A stretch of 64,000 nt of DNA from Myxococcota bacterium (GTDB taxonomy: Bacteria > Myxococcota_A > UBA9160 > JAFDET01): positions 2,940-66,939 of the forward strand of contig JANQFA010000193.1 of NCBI GenBank assembly GCA_028278065.1. Reading direction: 5' to 3'. The notes under the pieces were generated by a model, which was not told where the DNA came from, searched no databases, and saw only the letters and a list, made by a program, of their open reading frames with translations. Both the position numbers and the translations under genes were made by a program. Positions 31,741 to 42,409 of this stretch are shown in pieces. Each line of letters begins with the position of its first letter. The first letter of the stretch is position 1.

Positions 31741-33312
31741 CTACTCCTTCGTCGCGACCTCGTAGAGCTCGTGGTCCTCGATGATGCGCTCGATCTCGTC
31801 CTGCGAGAGCGTGCCCGTGGCGTTCACCGTGATCGACTGCTCCTTGCCCGTGGCCAGGTCGGTGGCCGAGACGCTGACGATGCCGTTGGCATCGATGTCG
31901 AAGCACACCTCGATCTCCGGCTCTCCCTGGGGCGCCTTGCGGATGCCCGACAGGATGAACTCGCCGAGCAGGTCGTTCTCCGCCGCAGCCTCGGCCTCGC
32001 CCTGCAGCACGCGGATCTTCACCGCGCTCTGCCCGTCGCGCGTCGTGGTGAACGTGTGCGTCTTGCGCACCGGCACCGTCGTGTTGCGCTCGATCAGCTT
32101 GGCGAAGTGGCCCCCCACCGTGGCGATGCCCAGGGAGAGCGGCGTCACGTCGAGCAGCAGCAGGTTCGACTCGTCCGAGGTGAGCGCCTCGCCCTGGAGG
32201 GCCGCGCCGATCGCCACGACCTCGTCCGGGTTGACGCCCTTGTGCGGCCCCTTGTTGAAGAACTCGCCCACGGCCTTCTGGATGAGGGGCATGCGGGTCT
32301 GGCCGCCGACCAGGATGACCCGGTCGACGTCGCCGGGCTGGAGCCCCGCGTCGGCGACGCAGGCTTCCACGGTCTTGAGGGTCTGGTTGACGAGGCCGTG
32401 CACCAGCGCCTCGAGAGTCGCGCGATCCATCTCCAGCTGGAGATGGCGCGGCCCCGAGTCGTCGCTGGCGATGAACGGCAGGCTGATCTCGGTCTTCTCG
32501 CGCTCGGAGAGATCGCACTTGGCCTTCTCCGCGGCGTCCTTCAGGCGCTGCAGGGCCATCGCGTCCTCGCGCAGGTCGATGCCTTCGTTCTCCTCGAACT
32601 TCTCGAGCAGGTGGGCCACGATCATCCGGTCGAAGTCCTCGCCCCCGAGGAACGTGTTGCCGCCGGTCGCCAGCACCTCGATCACGCCGTCGCTCATGTC
32701 GAGCACCGAGATGTCGAACGTGCCGCCGCCCAGGTCGTAGATGGCGACCTTCTCCTCCTCGCGGTGCCCCGCGCCGTAGGCCATCGCCGCGGCCGTCGGC
32801 TCGTTGATGATGCGCAGCACCTCGAGGCCCGCGATCTTCCCGGCGTCCTTCGTGCACTGTCGCTGGGTATCGTTGAAGTACGCCGGGACGGTGATCACCG
32901 CGTCGGACACGGGTTCGCCGACGTACTCCTCGGCCACCCGCTTCATCTCGCGCAGGATGATGCCGCCGATCTCCGGACAGGTGAACGTCTTGCCGGCGAT
33001 CTTGATGCGCGGATCGTCGTTGGCCCCGCGCACGATCTCGTAGGGGCAGAGGTCGATGGCCTTCTGCACCTCGGGCGCGTCGAAGCGACGTCCGATGAGA
33101 CGCTTGGAGGCGTGCACCGTGTTGCGCGAGTTCGTCACCGCCTGACGCTTGGCCAGGTGGCCCACCAGACGCTTGCCGTCGTGCGAGATCGCGAACATCG
33201 AGGGAGTGGTCCGGTACCCCCCGGCGTTCGGGATCACCGTGGGCTGCCCGTTCTCGATCACGGACACGCACGAGTTGGTGGTACCCAGGTCGATTCCGAT
33301 CACGCGACTCAT
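31741..33312 (-). CDS. Hsp70/DnaK paralogue lacking most of the C-terminal helical lid (523 aa)
   Basis: [38 protein letters not shown], linker [20 protein letters not shown]; ends ...[14 protein letters not shown]. Confidence 0.92.
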   Translation of the reverse strand: MSRVIGIDLGTTNSCVSVIENGQPTVIPNAGGYRTTPSMFAISHDGKRLVGHLAKRQAVTNSRNTVHASKRLIGRRFDAPEVQKAIDLCPYEIVRGANDDPRIKIAGKTFTCPEIGGIILREMKRVAEEYVGEPVSDAVITVPAYFNDTQRQCTKDAGKIAGLEVLRIINEPTAAAMAYGAGHREEEKVAIYDLGGGTFDISVLDMSDGVIEVLATGGNTFLGGEDFDRMIVAHLLEKFEENEGIDLREDAMALQRLKDAAEKAKCDLSEREKTEISLPFIASDDSGPRHLQLEMDRATLEALVHGLVNQTLKTVEACVADAGLQPGDVDRVILVGGQTRMPLIQKAVGEFFNKGPHKGVNPDEVVAIGAALQGEALTSDESNLLLLDVTPLSLGIATVGGHFAKLIERNTTVPVRKTHTFTTTRDGQSAVKIRVLQGEAEAAAENDLLGEFILSGIRKAPQGEPEIEVCFDIDANGIVSVSATDLATGKEQSITVNATGTLSQDEIERIIEDHELYEVATKE

Positions 33313-33345
33313 CGTCTTCCTCCCCTCCACCCGGAGGTGGCTCCC

Positions 33346-34662
33346 CTAGAGCGACTTCAGGGCCTGCTTGGCCTCGAGATCCCTGGGATCCAGGCGCAGC
33401 GCCGTCTTCAGCTCGCGCCGCGCGTTGGCCTTGAGACCGGCGGCGGCGTAGATCTGCCCGAGCCCTCGGTGGTACTCGGCCTTGTCGGGATCCGCCTCGA
33501 CGGCCCGCATCGCGTACTCCTTGGCGCGGTGCAGGTCGTCGGCCGCCAGCCAGGCCAGCTTCGCGGCGACGTGGTTGGCCTCCGGATCGTACGGGCGGAA
33601 GATGAGCGCCTCTTCGTAGATGCGCAGCGCATCCTTGCGATCCCGGAACGAGAGCGCGCTGTCCGCCTCCTTCATGAGCTGGGCGAAGCGGATCTCGTGG
33701 GCCTGGGCCTGGACCTCGCCGAAGCGCTCGCGGTAGAGCGCGCTCTTGGGGTCGTAGGCGACGGCGAGCCGAAGGCTGGCCGCAGCCTCCAGCCAGCGCT
33801 CATCGCTGACCGCAGCCATCGCGGCCTCGAAGAAGCTCTTGGCCTTGGCCTTGCGCTTGGCGATGAGCCGGCCGAGCGGGCTGAAGGGGGACAGCGCACG
33901 CTTGCGCCGGCGCTCGGCGCGCTCGGACGCGGCCTTCGGGTCGGCCGAGTCCGCACCCTCCACCGGCGCCGCCTCGGCGTCGGCGCCCAGCGAGCGCTCC
34001 ATCTCGGCGCGCACCGTGGGGTCGCTCATCAGCTCGTAGGCCTCGACCACCTTGCGGAAGATGCGCTCCAGGGGCTCCTTGAACGGCCCGATGTCGCGTC
34101 GGAACCAGCGATCCGGATGGAACTCCTTGGAGAGCTGGAAGTAGGCCCTCTTCACCGCGCGGGCATCGGCGTCGCTCGCGACTCCGAGAATCTCGGCGTA
34201 GGGCCGCTCGAGCCGCTCGTGGAAGTCGAGGATCGCCTGCTGCGCCTCCTCGGGGATGTCGAGGCCGGGATCGAGCGCGGGCAGGTCGGACGCGACAGCC
34301 GGAGAACCGGCCTCGGTCGCGGCGGCGGCGGACTCGCCTTCGGGTGACGACGCGTTGGCCTCGAGCCGGGGCGGAGCTCCCGCTCTCGTGGCGGATGCCC
34401 CGTTGACACGCTCCGTCGCCGGGGGCCCCGCCTTGCTCCAGACGACGACACCCGCCTCCGCCCAGCGCGCCAGGCACAGATCGACATCGTGGGGAGGCAG
34501 ACCGGCCAGCTGCGAGAGCAGGTCCTTGGGTGTGTGGCCGTCGATCCGCGAGAGCAGGAATCCCTCCTGGGGAGACAGGTCCAGGCGCGTGAGATCGCAG
34601 TCGGGCGCGAGCGCCGGCACGCGCACGTCCTTCCGATCTCCTGCCGCATCCGCCGAAGACAT
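33346..34662 (-). CDS. J-domain co-chaperone with N-terminal wHTH-like domain and C-terminal TPRs
   Basis: YAEILGV...VKRAYFQLSKEFHPDRW...EAYELMSDP; TPRs AVEADPDKAEYH and ALRLDPRDLEA. Confidence 0.88.
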   Translation of the reverse strand: MSSADAAGDRKDVRVPALAPDCDLTRLDLSPQEGFLLSRIDGHTPKDLLSQLAGLPPHDVDLCLARWAEAGVVVWSKAGPPATERVNGASATRAGAPPRLEANASSPEGESAAAATEAGSPAVASDLPALDPGLDIPEEAQQAILDFHERLERPYAEILGVASDADARAVKRAYFQLSKEFHPDRWFRRDIGPFKEPLERIFRKVVEAYELMSDPTVRAEMERSLGADAEAAPVEGADSADPKAASERAERRRKRALSPFSPLGRLIAKRKAKAKSFFEAAMAAVSDERWLEAAASLRLAVAYDPKSALYRERFGEVQAQAHEIRFAQLMKEADSALSFRDRKDALRIYEEALIFRPYDPEANHVAAKLAWLAADDLHRAKEYAMRAVEADPDKAEYHRGLGQIYAAAGLKANARRELKTALRLDPRDLEAKQALKSL

Positions 34663-34827
34663 GGATCCTCCCGCACGCCTCCCGAGACGGGAGACGCGCC
34701 CGTGCGTCTCATCGGCAGATTCCCCCGCCGGACTGAGGGAACTTGGGGTAGTCCCTAGACTCCGATGTCCCCGAGGGGAGGGGACAGGAGGCGCCGGCAG
34801 ACCCCCGCGAAGCGCGCGGAGGCGCGC

Positions 34828-35745
34828 TCAGCCGGTGAGGAGGCGCTCCAGGATGGCCTTCTGTGCGTGGAGCCGATTCTCGGCCTGGTCGAACACGATC
34901 GAGCGCGGGCCGTCCAGGACGTCGTCGCTGATCTCCTCGCCCCGGTGAGCCGGCAGGCAGTGCAGGATCCAGGCGTCCGGCGCGCCACGCAGCAGCTCCG
35001 CGTTCACCTGGTAGTCGGCGAAGATGCGGCGTCGCTCCTCGGCCTCGTCCTCCTGGCCCATGCTCGCCCACACGTCGGTGTAGACGAAGCCCGCGCCCTC
35101 GACCGCCTCCCGCGGGTCGGCGCTCCAGGCGATCCTCGCACCGCTGGCCGCCGCCAGGTCCCGGGCCTGGGCCCACACGTCAGCGGGTACCCGGTGGCTC
35201 TCCGGCGTGGCCAGGCGTACCTCGACCCCGAGAACCGCGCCCGCCAGCACCAGCGAGCTGGCCACGTTGTTGCCGTCGCCGATGTACGCGATCACCGCCC
35301 GCTCCAGGTCGGCCCGCTCGGCCACGGTCACGAAGTCCGCCATGGCCTGGCACGGGTGCAGCTGGTCGGTGAGGCCGTTGATGACGGGGATGCTCCCCTC
35401 CCGGGCCAGCTCGCGCACCAGGTCGTGGCTGAACGTGCGCGCCACCAGGGCGTCGACCCAGCGCGAGAGGTTGCGCGCCACGTCGCCGCCCGTCTCGCGG
35501 CTGCCGATTCCCACCTGCTCGGGACGCAGCAGGATGGCGTGCCCCCCGAGCTGGGTCATGCCCGCCTCGAACGTGACGTGCGTGCGCAGCGACGGCTTCT
35601 CGAAGTACATCGCCAGAGTGCGGCCCTGCAGGGTCTGCGGTCGCTCGCCGCGCTTCCACAGATCCTTCAGCTCGCGCGCGCGATCGAGGAGCGCGCGCAG
35701 CTCCTGTGCGGGCCAGTCGGCAACGCTGATGAAGTCCTTGGGCAT
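34828..35745 (-). CDS. argF: Ornithine carbamoyltransferase
   Basis: FEKPSLRT, HPCQ, GDGNNVA, YTDVWASMGQE, HCLPAHRGEE, DQAENRLH. Confidence 0.93.
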   Translation of the reverse strand: MPKDFISVADWPAQELRALLDRARELKDLWKRGERPQTLQGRTLAMYFEKPSLRTHVTFEAGMTQLGGHAILLRPEQVGIGSRETGGDVARNLSRWVDALVARTFSHDLVRELAREGSIPVINGLTDQLHPCQAMADFVTVAERADLERAVIAYIGDGNNVASSLVLAGAVLGVEVRLATPESHRVPADVWAQARDLAAASGARIAWSADPREAVEGAGFVYTDVWASMGQEDEAEERRRIFADYQVNAELLRGAPDAWILHCLPAHRGEEISDDVLDGPRSIVFDQAENRLHAQKAILERLLTG

Positions 35746-35750
35746 CGGAT

Positions 35751-36605
35751 TCACCTCGCGATCAGGGTGCCGACGCCACCGTCGGTGAAGATCTCGAGCA
35801 GGATGGCGTGCTTGATGCGCCCGTCGATCACGTGGGCGCGCTCGACGCCGCCCTCCACGGCGGCCATGCAGCACTCCACCTTGGGGATCATGCCCTCGCG
35901 GATGGTGCCTTCGTCGATGAGCTTCCTGGCCTCCTCCACGGAGAGCTGGCCGATGAGCTCGCCGTCGGCGCCCTCCACGCCCTCCACATCGGTGAGCATG
36001 AGGAGCTTCGCGGCGCCCAGGGCGCGGGCGATGGCGCCCGCCGCATCGTCGGCATTCACGTTGTGCGAGACCCCGTCGCCATCCACGCCCACCGGCGCGA
36101 CCACCGGGACGAAGCCCGCGTCCGCGGCGGCCATCACCGCCGCGGGGTCCACCGCCGTCACCTCGCCCACGCGTCCGATGTCCCGCCCGTCCACCGTCTT
36201 GCGTCGCACGCGCAGCATTCCGGCGTCCTTGCCGGAGAGACCGACGGCCGAGCCTCCGCCGCGGTTGACCAGCTGCACGATGTCCTGGTTGATCTTGCCG
36301 CCGAGGACCATCTCCACCACTTCCATGGTCTCGTCATCCGTGACGCGCAGGCCGTTCACGTAGCTGGATTCCTTGCCCAGGCGTCGGAGGGTCTCCTTGA
36401 TCTGCGGGCCGCCGCCGTGCACCACCACCGGCCGGACACCGATGTACTTGAGGAGCACCACGTCCACGGCGAACTGGGCGCGCAGGTCGTCGTCGATCAT
36501 CGCGTGGCCGCCGTACTTGATGACGAAGGTCTTGCCCCGGAAGCGCTGGATGTAGGGGAGCGCTTCGACCAGGACGGCGGCCTTCTGGATCAGCGACTGG
36601 ACCAC
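35751..36605 (-). CDS. argB: Acetylglutamate kinase
   Basis: EALPYIQRF, KYGGHAM, VHGGGPQI, NVNAD, GMIPKV. Confidence 0.97.
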   Translation of the reverse strand: MVQSLIQKAAVLVEALPYIQRFRGKTFVIKYGGHAMIDDDLRAQFAVDVVLLKYIGVRPVVVHGGGPQIKETLRRLGKESSYVNGLRVTDDETMEVVEMVLGGKINQDIVQLVNRGGGSAVGLSGKDAGMLRVRRKTVDGRDIGRVGEVTAVDPAAVMAAADAGFVPVVAPVGVDGDGVSHNVNADDAAGAIARALGAAKLLMLTDVEGVEGADGELIGQLSVEEARKLIDEGTIREGMIPKVECCMAAVEGGVERAHVIDGRIKHAILLEIFTDGGVGTLIAR

Positions 36606-36637
36606 GGGGAACCTCGCTCCGTCGGGGGGCGGACGGA

Positions 36638-38146
36638 CTACGCGGGGTCGCGCGACTCCCGGCGGGCGCGCGCGACCTCCTCGATCGAATCCACGAGGCT
36701 ACGGTACAGGAGCACGTTGCGCACGGCCGTCGAGAGGGCGGCGGTGAGCACCTCGCCCGCGCGCGGCGAGGTGCGCGCGGGAGGGGCGAGGAAGGCACGG
36801 AAGACGCCCAGGGTCTTTCCGCGGAAGCGCATGGGCAGACACAGGAACGGGCCGGGCTCCCCCGCGGCGAGCGTGTCGATCTCCGGATCGAAGCGCGGGT
36901 CGCGGGACGGATCGTCGGTCGCCACCGGCCGGCCCGTCTCGAGCACCGTTCCCGTGAGGCCGCGTCCCGTGGCGAGGCTCTCGCGGTCGCTGGCCTCCCC
37001 GGGGCTCCAGGCGCCCTCGCAGGTCAGCCCGCCCTCCGGGTCGCGCAGATGGAGCGCAACGCACTGGGCGCCGAGCGCCTCCCCGGCGGCAGCGAGCGCC
37101 CCGGCGACCACACGCACCGGCTCCACTTCCGCCACGACCGCCTCGCACACGGCCCGCGCCATCTCGCCGTCCTCGGATCCGCCCGCCTCGTCGAGGGGCA
37201 GGGTCGTCGCCTCGGGTGCCGACACGGAGGGGCCGGCCGCCGCGGCGCCGCTCTCCTCGGCGCTGAGCAGCGCGGCCGCCTGCTGCGCGAGGACGCGAAG
37301 CAGGAGCAGGTCTTCGGGGTAGGGTGTGCCGCCCTCGCGCGGGTCCGTGGAGCAGAGCACACCCAGGGCCCGGTCTCCCGCCACCACCGGCGCCACCACG
37401 AAGCCGGTCGAGTCGTAACGATCGCGGGTCTTGCGCTCCCGGAAGCGCGGGTCGGTGGTCACGTCGCTCACCCACATGGGCTCGCTGCGCGCGAGACACA
37501 CGCCGGCGACGCCCTCCCCCACCGGCACCGGGTCCATCTCCGCGGCGGGCAGCTTGCTGCCGGTGGCCGCGGCAACCCGCAGCTCCGAGCCCGTGTCGTC
37601 CAGCAGCATCAGCGAGGCCTTGTCGGCACCCAGCACGTCGGACACCGTCTGTGCCACGGCGGAGTGCAGCTCGGCCGAGTCGCCACCGCTGCGCGCCAGG
37701 GTGACCAGACGCGCCGCACCGTGCTGCAGCTGGGCCAGCCGGGAGCGCAGGGCGTCGGCGGTGGCTGCGTGTTCGTACGTCTCGAGTGCACGCCGGACCG
37801 CCAGGGTGAGCTCCTCCTCGTGGAGCGGCTTGGCCAGGTAGTCGGAGGCACCCTGGCGCAGGGCGTCGATCACGTACGACTGGTCCTGGTGGGCGGACAG
37901 GATGATGACGGGGAGCGCGCGCCGCTTCTCGCGGATCTTGCCGAGGACCTCGAGACCGTCCATGCCCGGGAGGCGCACGTCCAGCACGACCGCGCCGATG
38001 GTGGGCTCGTCCACCATCTCCAACGCCTCCGCGCCGTCCGCGGCCAGCAGGCACTCGAGGCCTGCTCCCGACAGCGCGTCCTGGATCGCCTCTCGGAAGA
38101 AGCGCTCGTCGTCCACGACGAGCACACGGAAGAACCGGCCCTGCAT
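36638..38146 (-). CDS. Response regulator with receiver and two GAF domains
   Basis: VVDDE, LDVRLPGMDG, DYLAKP; GAF1 GEGVAG...DVTTDPRF; GAF2 GRGLTGTV...DPSRDPRF. Confidence 0.85.
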   Translation of the reverse strand: MQGRFFRVLVVDDERFFREAIQDALSGAGLECLLAADGAEALEMVDEPTIGAVVLDVRLPGMDGLEVLGKIREKRRALPVIILSAHQDQSYVIDALRQGASDYLAKPLHEEELTLAVRRALETYEHAATADALRSRLAQLQHGAARLVTLARSGGDSAELHSAVAQTVSDVLGADKASLMLLDDTGSELRVAAATGSKLPAAEMDPVPVGEGVAGVCLARSEPMWVSDVTTDPRFRERKTRDRYDSTGFVVAPVVAGDRALGVLCSTDPREGGTPYPEDLLLLRVLAQQAAALLSAEESGAAAAGPSVSAPEATTLPLDEAGGSEDGEMARAVCEAVVAEVEPVRVVAGALAAAGEALGAQCVALHLRDPEGGLTCEGAWSPGEASDRESLATGRGLTGTVLETGRPVATDDPSRDPRFDPEIDTLAAGEPGPFLCLPMRFRGKTLGVFRAFLAPPARTSPRAGEVLTAALSTAVRNVLLYRSLVDSIEEVARARRESRDPA

Positions 38147-38213
38147 CCCCCCTCCCCTGCTGCGGCCAGCGTAGCGCGGTCCCGCCTTCGGATGAACCGC
38201 GATGGTCGCTCGG

Positions 38214-39566
38214 CTACAGGATGAACCTCGAGAGGTCCTCGTCCTCGACCAGGCCGCCCAGCCGATCGCGCACCAGCGTCTCGTCCACTACCAGGCTCGT
38301 GCCCGAGAGGTCCGGCGCGTCGAAGCTGACGTCCTCGAGGAGCTTCTCCATGACGGTGTGGAGCCTGCGGGCGCCGATGTCGTCGGTGCGCTCGTTCACC
38401 CTGGCGGCGATCCGCGCGATGGCACGCACGCCGTCCTCCTTGAACTCCACCTCCACCGATTCGGTGGCGAGGAGGGCGGTGTACTGCCTCACCAGCGAGT
38501 TCCGCGGCTCCGAGAGGATCCGCACGAAGTCCTCCTCGGTCAGGCTCGAGAGCTCGACCCGGATCGGGAAGCGCCCCTGCAGCTCCGGGATGAGATCGGA
38601 GGGCTTGGCCACGTGGAAGGCGCCCGCCGCGACGAAGAGGATGTGGTCGGTGCGCACGGGTCCGTGCTTGGTCTGGACCGTGGACCCCTCGACGATGGGG
38701 AGCAGATCGCGCTGCACGCCCTCGCGAGAGACGTCGGGGCCCTGGGCCCCGCCCCCCGAGGCTCCCGCCGCGACCTTGTCCACCTCGTCCAGGAACACGA
38801 TCCCGGCCTGCTCGACCCGCTCCACCGCCAGCTCGCGCACCTTGTCCATGTCCACCAGCCGGCCGGCCTCTTCGGCGGCGAAGGCCTCGCGCGCCGCCGG
38901 GATCTTCATCTTGCGCTGGCGCGTCTTCTGCGGGAAGAGGTTGCCGAGCATGTCCTTCATCTGGATGCCCAGCTCCTCGACACCCTGGGGAGTGAAGATC
39001 GAGAGGTTGGGCGAGCCCCCGTCGGCCACCTCGACGTCCACGTCGCGGTCGTCCAGCCGGCCCTCGCGCAGCATGCGGCGCAGCTTCTCGCGGGTCTCGC
39101 CGCCCTCCGGCACCGGGGCGGCGAAGCCGGTCTGGCCCGGGCCGTGCGGAAGCAGCGCGTCGAGGATGCGCTCCTCGGCGCGCTCCTCCGCCTTGGCGCG
39201 GACGCCGCGCTTCTCCTCCTCGGCCACCAGGTTCACAGCCAGGTCGGCCAGGTCGCGGATGATCGACTCGACGTCGCGGCCCACGTAGCCCACCTCGGTG
39301 AACTTGGAGGCCTCGACCTTGATGAAGGGGGCCTGGGCCAGCCGCGCCAGACGCCGCGCGATCTCGGTCTTCCCGACGCCGGTCGGGCCGATCATGATGA
39401 TGTTCTTCGGGGCGATCTCGTCGCGCAGGTCCTCGGGCACCTGCTGGCGCCGCCAGCGGTTGCGCAGGGCAATCGCGACGGCGCGCTTGGCATCGCGCTG
39501 ACCGACGACGTAGCGGTCGAGCTCGGAGACGATCTCTCGGGGAGTGAAGGTGCGCAGGTCGGTCAT
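38214..39566 (-). CDS. hslU: ATP-dependent protease ATPase subunit HslU
   Basis: [55 protein letters not shown]. Confidence 0.97.
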   Translation of the reverse strand: MTDLRTFTPREIVSELDRYVVGQRDAKRAVAIALRNRWRRQQVPEDLRDEIAPKNIIMIGPTGVGKTEIARRLARLAQAPFIKVEASKFTEVGYVGRDVESIIRDLADLAVNLVAEEEKRGVRAKAEERAEERILDALLPHGPGQTGFAAPVPEGGETREKLRRMLREGRLDDRDVDVEVADGGSPNLSIFTPQGVEELGIQMKDMLGNLFPQKTRQRKMKIPAAREAFAAEEAGRLVDMDKVRELAVERVEQAGIVFLDEVDKVAAGASGGGAQGPDVSREGVQRDLLPIVEGSTVQTKHGPVRTDHILFVAAGAFHVAKPSDLIPELQGRFPIRVELSSLTEEDFVRILSEPRNSLVRQYTALLATESVEVEFKEDGVRAIARIAARVNERTDDIGARRLHTVMEKLLEDVSFDAPDLSGTSLVVDETLVRDRLGGLVEDEDLSRFIL

Positions 39567-40099
39567 GGGAGGGTTACCACGCTGATCTGGTCGTTGGTGT
39601 AGATGCAGATCCCGGCGGCGATGCGCAAGGCCTCCTCGGCCACCGCCTCCGCGGGAAGGTCGGTATGCGATACCAGCGCACGGGCCGCGGCCAGCGCGTA
39701 GGAGCCGCCGGACCCGATCGCGGCGATTCCGTCGTCGGGCTCGATCACGTCGCCGTTGCCGGACACGCACAGCACGCACTCGGGATCCCCCACCAGGAGA
39801 AGGGCCTCGAGGCGGCGCAGGGCGCGATCCGTGCGCCACTCGCGCGCCAGCTCCACGGCGGCACGACGCACGCCCGCCGGGTGGGCCTCCAGCTTGGACT
39901 CGAGGCGCTCGGTCAGGGCGAGCGCGTCGGCCGCCCCGCCCGCGAAGCCCACCAGGGCGCGGTCGCCCGCGGCCGGCCTCACCTTCTTCGCGCCGTGTTT
40001 CATCACGGCGTCTCCCACGGTGACCTGGCCGTCGGAGGCCATGGCGATACGTCCGTCACGGACGACCGCGATGACGGTGGTGGAACGGACCGCATTCAT
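39563..40099 (-). CDS. hslV: ATP-dependent protease subunit HslV
   Basis: [44 protein letters not shown]. Confidence 0.95.
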   Translation of the reverse strand: MNAVRSTTVIAVVRDGRIAMASDGQVTVGDAVMKHGAKKVRPAAGDRALVGFAGGAADALALTERLESKLEAHPAGVRRAAVELAREWRTDRALRRLEALLLVGDPECVLCVSGNGDVIEPDDGIAAIGSGGSYALAAARALVSHTDLPAEAVAEEALRIAAGICIYTNDQISVVTLP

Positions 40100-41007
40100 C
40101 GTCGGCTCCTCGCGCGCGGGTGGGCCTTGTCGTAGACCTCGAGGAGGTGCTCGGCCGACACCGCGGTGTACTTCTGGGTCGTGGAGAGGCTCGCGTGCCC
40201 CAGGAGCTCCTGGATCTCGCGCAGATCGGCCCCCATGTCGAGCAGGTGGGTGGCGTAGCTGTGGCGCAGCCGGTGCGGGTGGACCGGCTCTGCCAGGCCC
40301 GCGTCGCGCGCGCGGCGCTCGAGGAGCCGCCGCACGTCGCGGGGGCCCAGCCTGCGCGGCGCTCCCTTGCGCCCGCGGCGCAGGGACGTGAAGAGCGGCT
40401 CGGACAGGATGCCCGGGCGCTCGCGCACGCGCAGGTAGGCGGCGAGCGCCTCGCGCGCCTCGCCCGGGATGGGAACCACCCGCTCCTTTCCGCCCTTGCC
40501 CCACACACGCAGCTCGCCGCGGCGCAGCTCCACGTCGCGCACGTCCAGGGAGGAGAGCTCGCCGATGCGGAGACCGGTACCGTAGAGAACCTCCACCAGC
40601 GCGCGGTCGCGGAGGTCCGCCTCGGCGTCCCGACCGCGGGGCGGCGCCTCGGCCAGCACCTCGCAATCGTCCACCGCGAGGGGTTTGGGGAGCCGCTTCG
40701 GCGCCCGGGGCGAAGGGATGCCCGCGGTGGGGTCCGCGGCGCACACGCCCTCGCGAACCAGGTGGCGGAAGAAGGCACGCAGCGAGGCCAGCTTCCGGCC
40801 CAGGGTGGCAGGGGCGAGCTTCCCGTGGCGTTCGGCCATGAAGCCGAAGATGGAGTCGGGACGCACCGCAGCCGGCTCCGCCTCCTCGCCCAGCCAGGCG
40901 GCGAACTGACGCACGTCGGAGAGATAGGCGCGATGGGTATGCTCGGACAGACCGCGCTCGGCCCGCAGCCAGAGATCGAAGGAGTGCAGCGCCGATTCGA
41001 AGCTCAC
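40096..41007 (-). CDS. xerC: Tyrosine recombinase XerC
   Basis: [51 protein letters not shown]; trmFO-xerC-hslVU context. Confidence 0.9.
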   Translation of the reverse strand: MSFESALHSFDLWLRAERGLSEHTHRAYLSDVRQFAAWLGEEAEPAAVRPDSIFGFMAERHGKLAPATLGRKLASLRAFFRHLVREGVCAADPTAGIPSPRAPKRLPKPLAVDDCEVLAEAPPRGRDAEADLRDRALVEVLYGTGLRIGELSSLDVRDVELRRGELRVWGKGGKERVVPIPGEAREALAAYLRVRERPGILSEPLFTSLRRGRKGAPRRLGPRDVRRLLERRARDAGLAEPVHPHRLRHSYATHLLDMGADLREIQELLGHASLSTTQKYTAVSAEHLLEVYDKAHPRARSRR

Positions 41008-42341
41008 GCCGCCTGCACCTCCAGGGCCTCGCGCCACCCGTCCAGCGCGCGCAACGCACGCTCGGCGAGACGCTCGTTCTTCTGGCGCTTGCCCAGCCTG
41101 GGCGGCGCGTCGTCGAGGGCCGGAAAGAGCCCGTAGGTGACATTGCTGGGCTGGAAGCGGCGCGCGTCGGCCCCACCCGCCAGGTGCCGCATCAGGGCGC
41201 CGTGCGCCGTGCGCGGATCGGGCGGCAGCGGCGCCAGGCCGCGCAGCCGCCTGGCCGTGTGCAAGCCCGCCAGCAGGCCGAGCGCGGCCGACTCGACGTA
41301 GCCCTCCACGCCGGCCATCTGGCCCGCCAGGAAGAGGCCCGGTCGCTTGCGGACCTGCAGGAGGCCGTCGAGCTGGAGGGGGGCGTTCACGTAGGTGTTG
41401 CGGTGCACGCTCCCGAAGCGCGCGAAGACCGCCTTCGCGAGACCGGGCAGGGCGCGGAAGATGCGCTTCTGCTCGCCGATGCGGAGCTTGGTCTGGAACC
41501 CCACCAGGTTGTAGAGGACGCCGTCCCGGTCCTCCTGGCGCAGCTGGACGACGGCGTGGGGCCGGCGTCCGGTGCGGGGATCGACGAGGCCCACCGGCTT
41601 GAGCGGGCCGTAGGCGAGAGTGCGCGGCCCGCGCCGCGCGATCTCCTCCACGGGGAGGCATCCCTCGAAGTAGAGCGCCTTCTCGAACGGGTGCAGCGGG
41701 ACGGTGTCGGCGGCCACCAGCTCGCGCACGAGGGCGTCGTACGCGTCACGATCCAGGGGCACGTTCAGGTAGTCGCCAGTCCCGTCCTCCCAGCGCGAGG
41801 CGCGGAAGACGACGCCCGGATCGATGGAGTCGGCGTACACGGTGGGCGCGATGGCGTCGTAGAAGTAGAGGTACTCATCCCCGAGCAGGGCGGCGAGCTC
41901 GGCGGCCAGGACGCCGTGGGTGAGGGGACCGGTGGCGAGGATCACGGGGTCGCCGGCCGGGATGCGGTCGACCCGTTCGCGGCGCACCTCGATCCCGGGG
42001 TGGGCCTCGATCTCGGCGGTGACGCGGGCGGAGAACGCCTCGCGATCGACCGCCAGGGCGCGCCCGGCCGGAACCCGGGTGGCGTCGGCGGCGGCCAGCA
42101 CGAGCGACCCCAGGCGCCGCATCTCCTCCTTGAGCAGGCCGACGGCGTTGGCGAAGCGATCCGAGCGGAGACTGTTGCTGCAGACCAGCTCCGCGAAGCC
42201 GTCGCCCACGTGGGCGGGAGAGCGGCTTCCAGGGCGCATCTCGTAGAGCACCACGTCCACGCCGCAGCGGGCCGCCTGCCAGGCCGCCTCGCAGCCCGCC
42301 AGGCCGGCTCCGACCACCACGAGCCGTCCGCTCCCGTTCAC
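41004..42341 (-). CDS. trmFO: Folate/FAD-dependent tRNA m5U54 methyltransferase
   Basis: [54 protein letters not shown]. Confidence 0.95.
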   Translation of the reverse strand: MNGSGRLVVVGAGLAGCEAAWQAARCGVDVVLYEMRPGSRSPAHVGDGFAELVCSNSLRSDRFANAVGLLKEEMRRLGSLVLAAADATRVPAGRALAVDREAFSARVTAEIEAHPGIEVRRERVDRIPAGDPVILATGPLTHGVLAAELAALLGDEYLYFYDAIAPTVYADSIDPGVVFRASRWEDGTGDYLNVPLDRDAYDALVRELVAADTVPLHPFEKALYFEGCLPVEEIARRGPRTLAYGPLKPVGLVDPRTGRRPHAVVQLRQEDRDGVLYNLVGFQTKLRIGEQKRIFRALPGLAKAVFARFGSVHRNTYVNAPLQLDGLLQVRKRPGLFLAGQMAGVEGYVESAALGLLAGLHTARRLRGLAPLPPDPRTAHGALMRHLAGGADARRFQPSNVTYGLFPALDDAPPRLGKRQKNERLAERALRALDGWREALEVQAA

Positions 42342-42409
42342 GTCCAAATCCCCCCCCGGGTGAAGAGACTCAGGATAGCCCACGGTCAGGCAGACCTTGG
42401 AGACGTCCA

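Noticed and set aside
31261-34347. 1028-aa plus-strand ORF antisense to the Hsp70 and J-domain genes
   Set aside because: Long antisense frames opposite dnaK are a familiar result of codon bias in GC-rich genomes. It has no motifs of its own.
34828-35745. SLRT motif suggesting acetyl- or succinyl-ornithine transcarbamylase
   Set aside because: The SMG loop (WASMGQE) and HCLPAHRGEE are of the ordinary OTCase type.
40096-41007. Tyrosine recombinase as a prophage or island integrase
   Set aside because: Its size and trmFO-xerC-hslVU context indicate housekeeping XerC. No phage genes are nearby.
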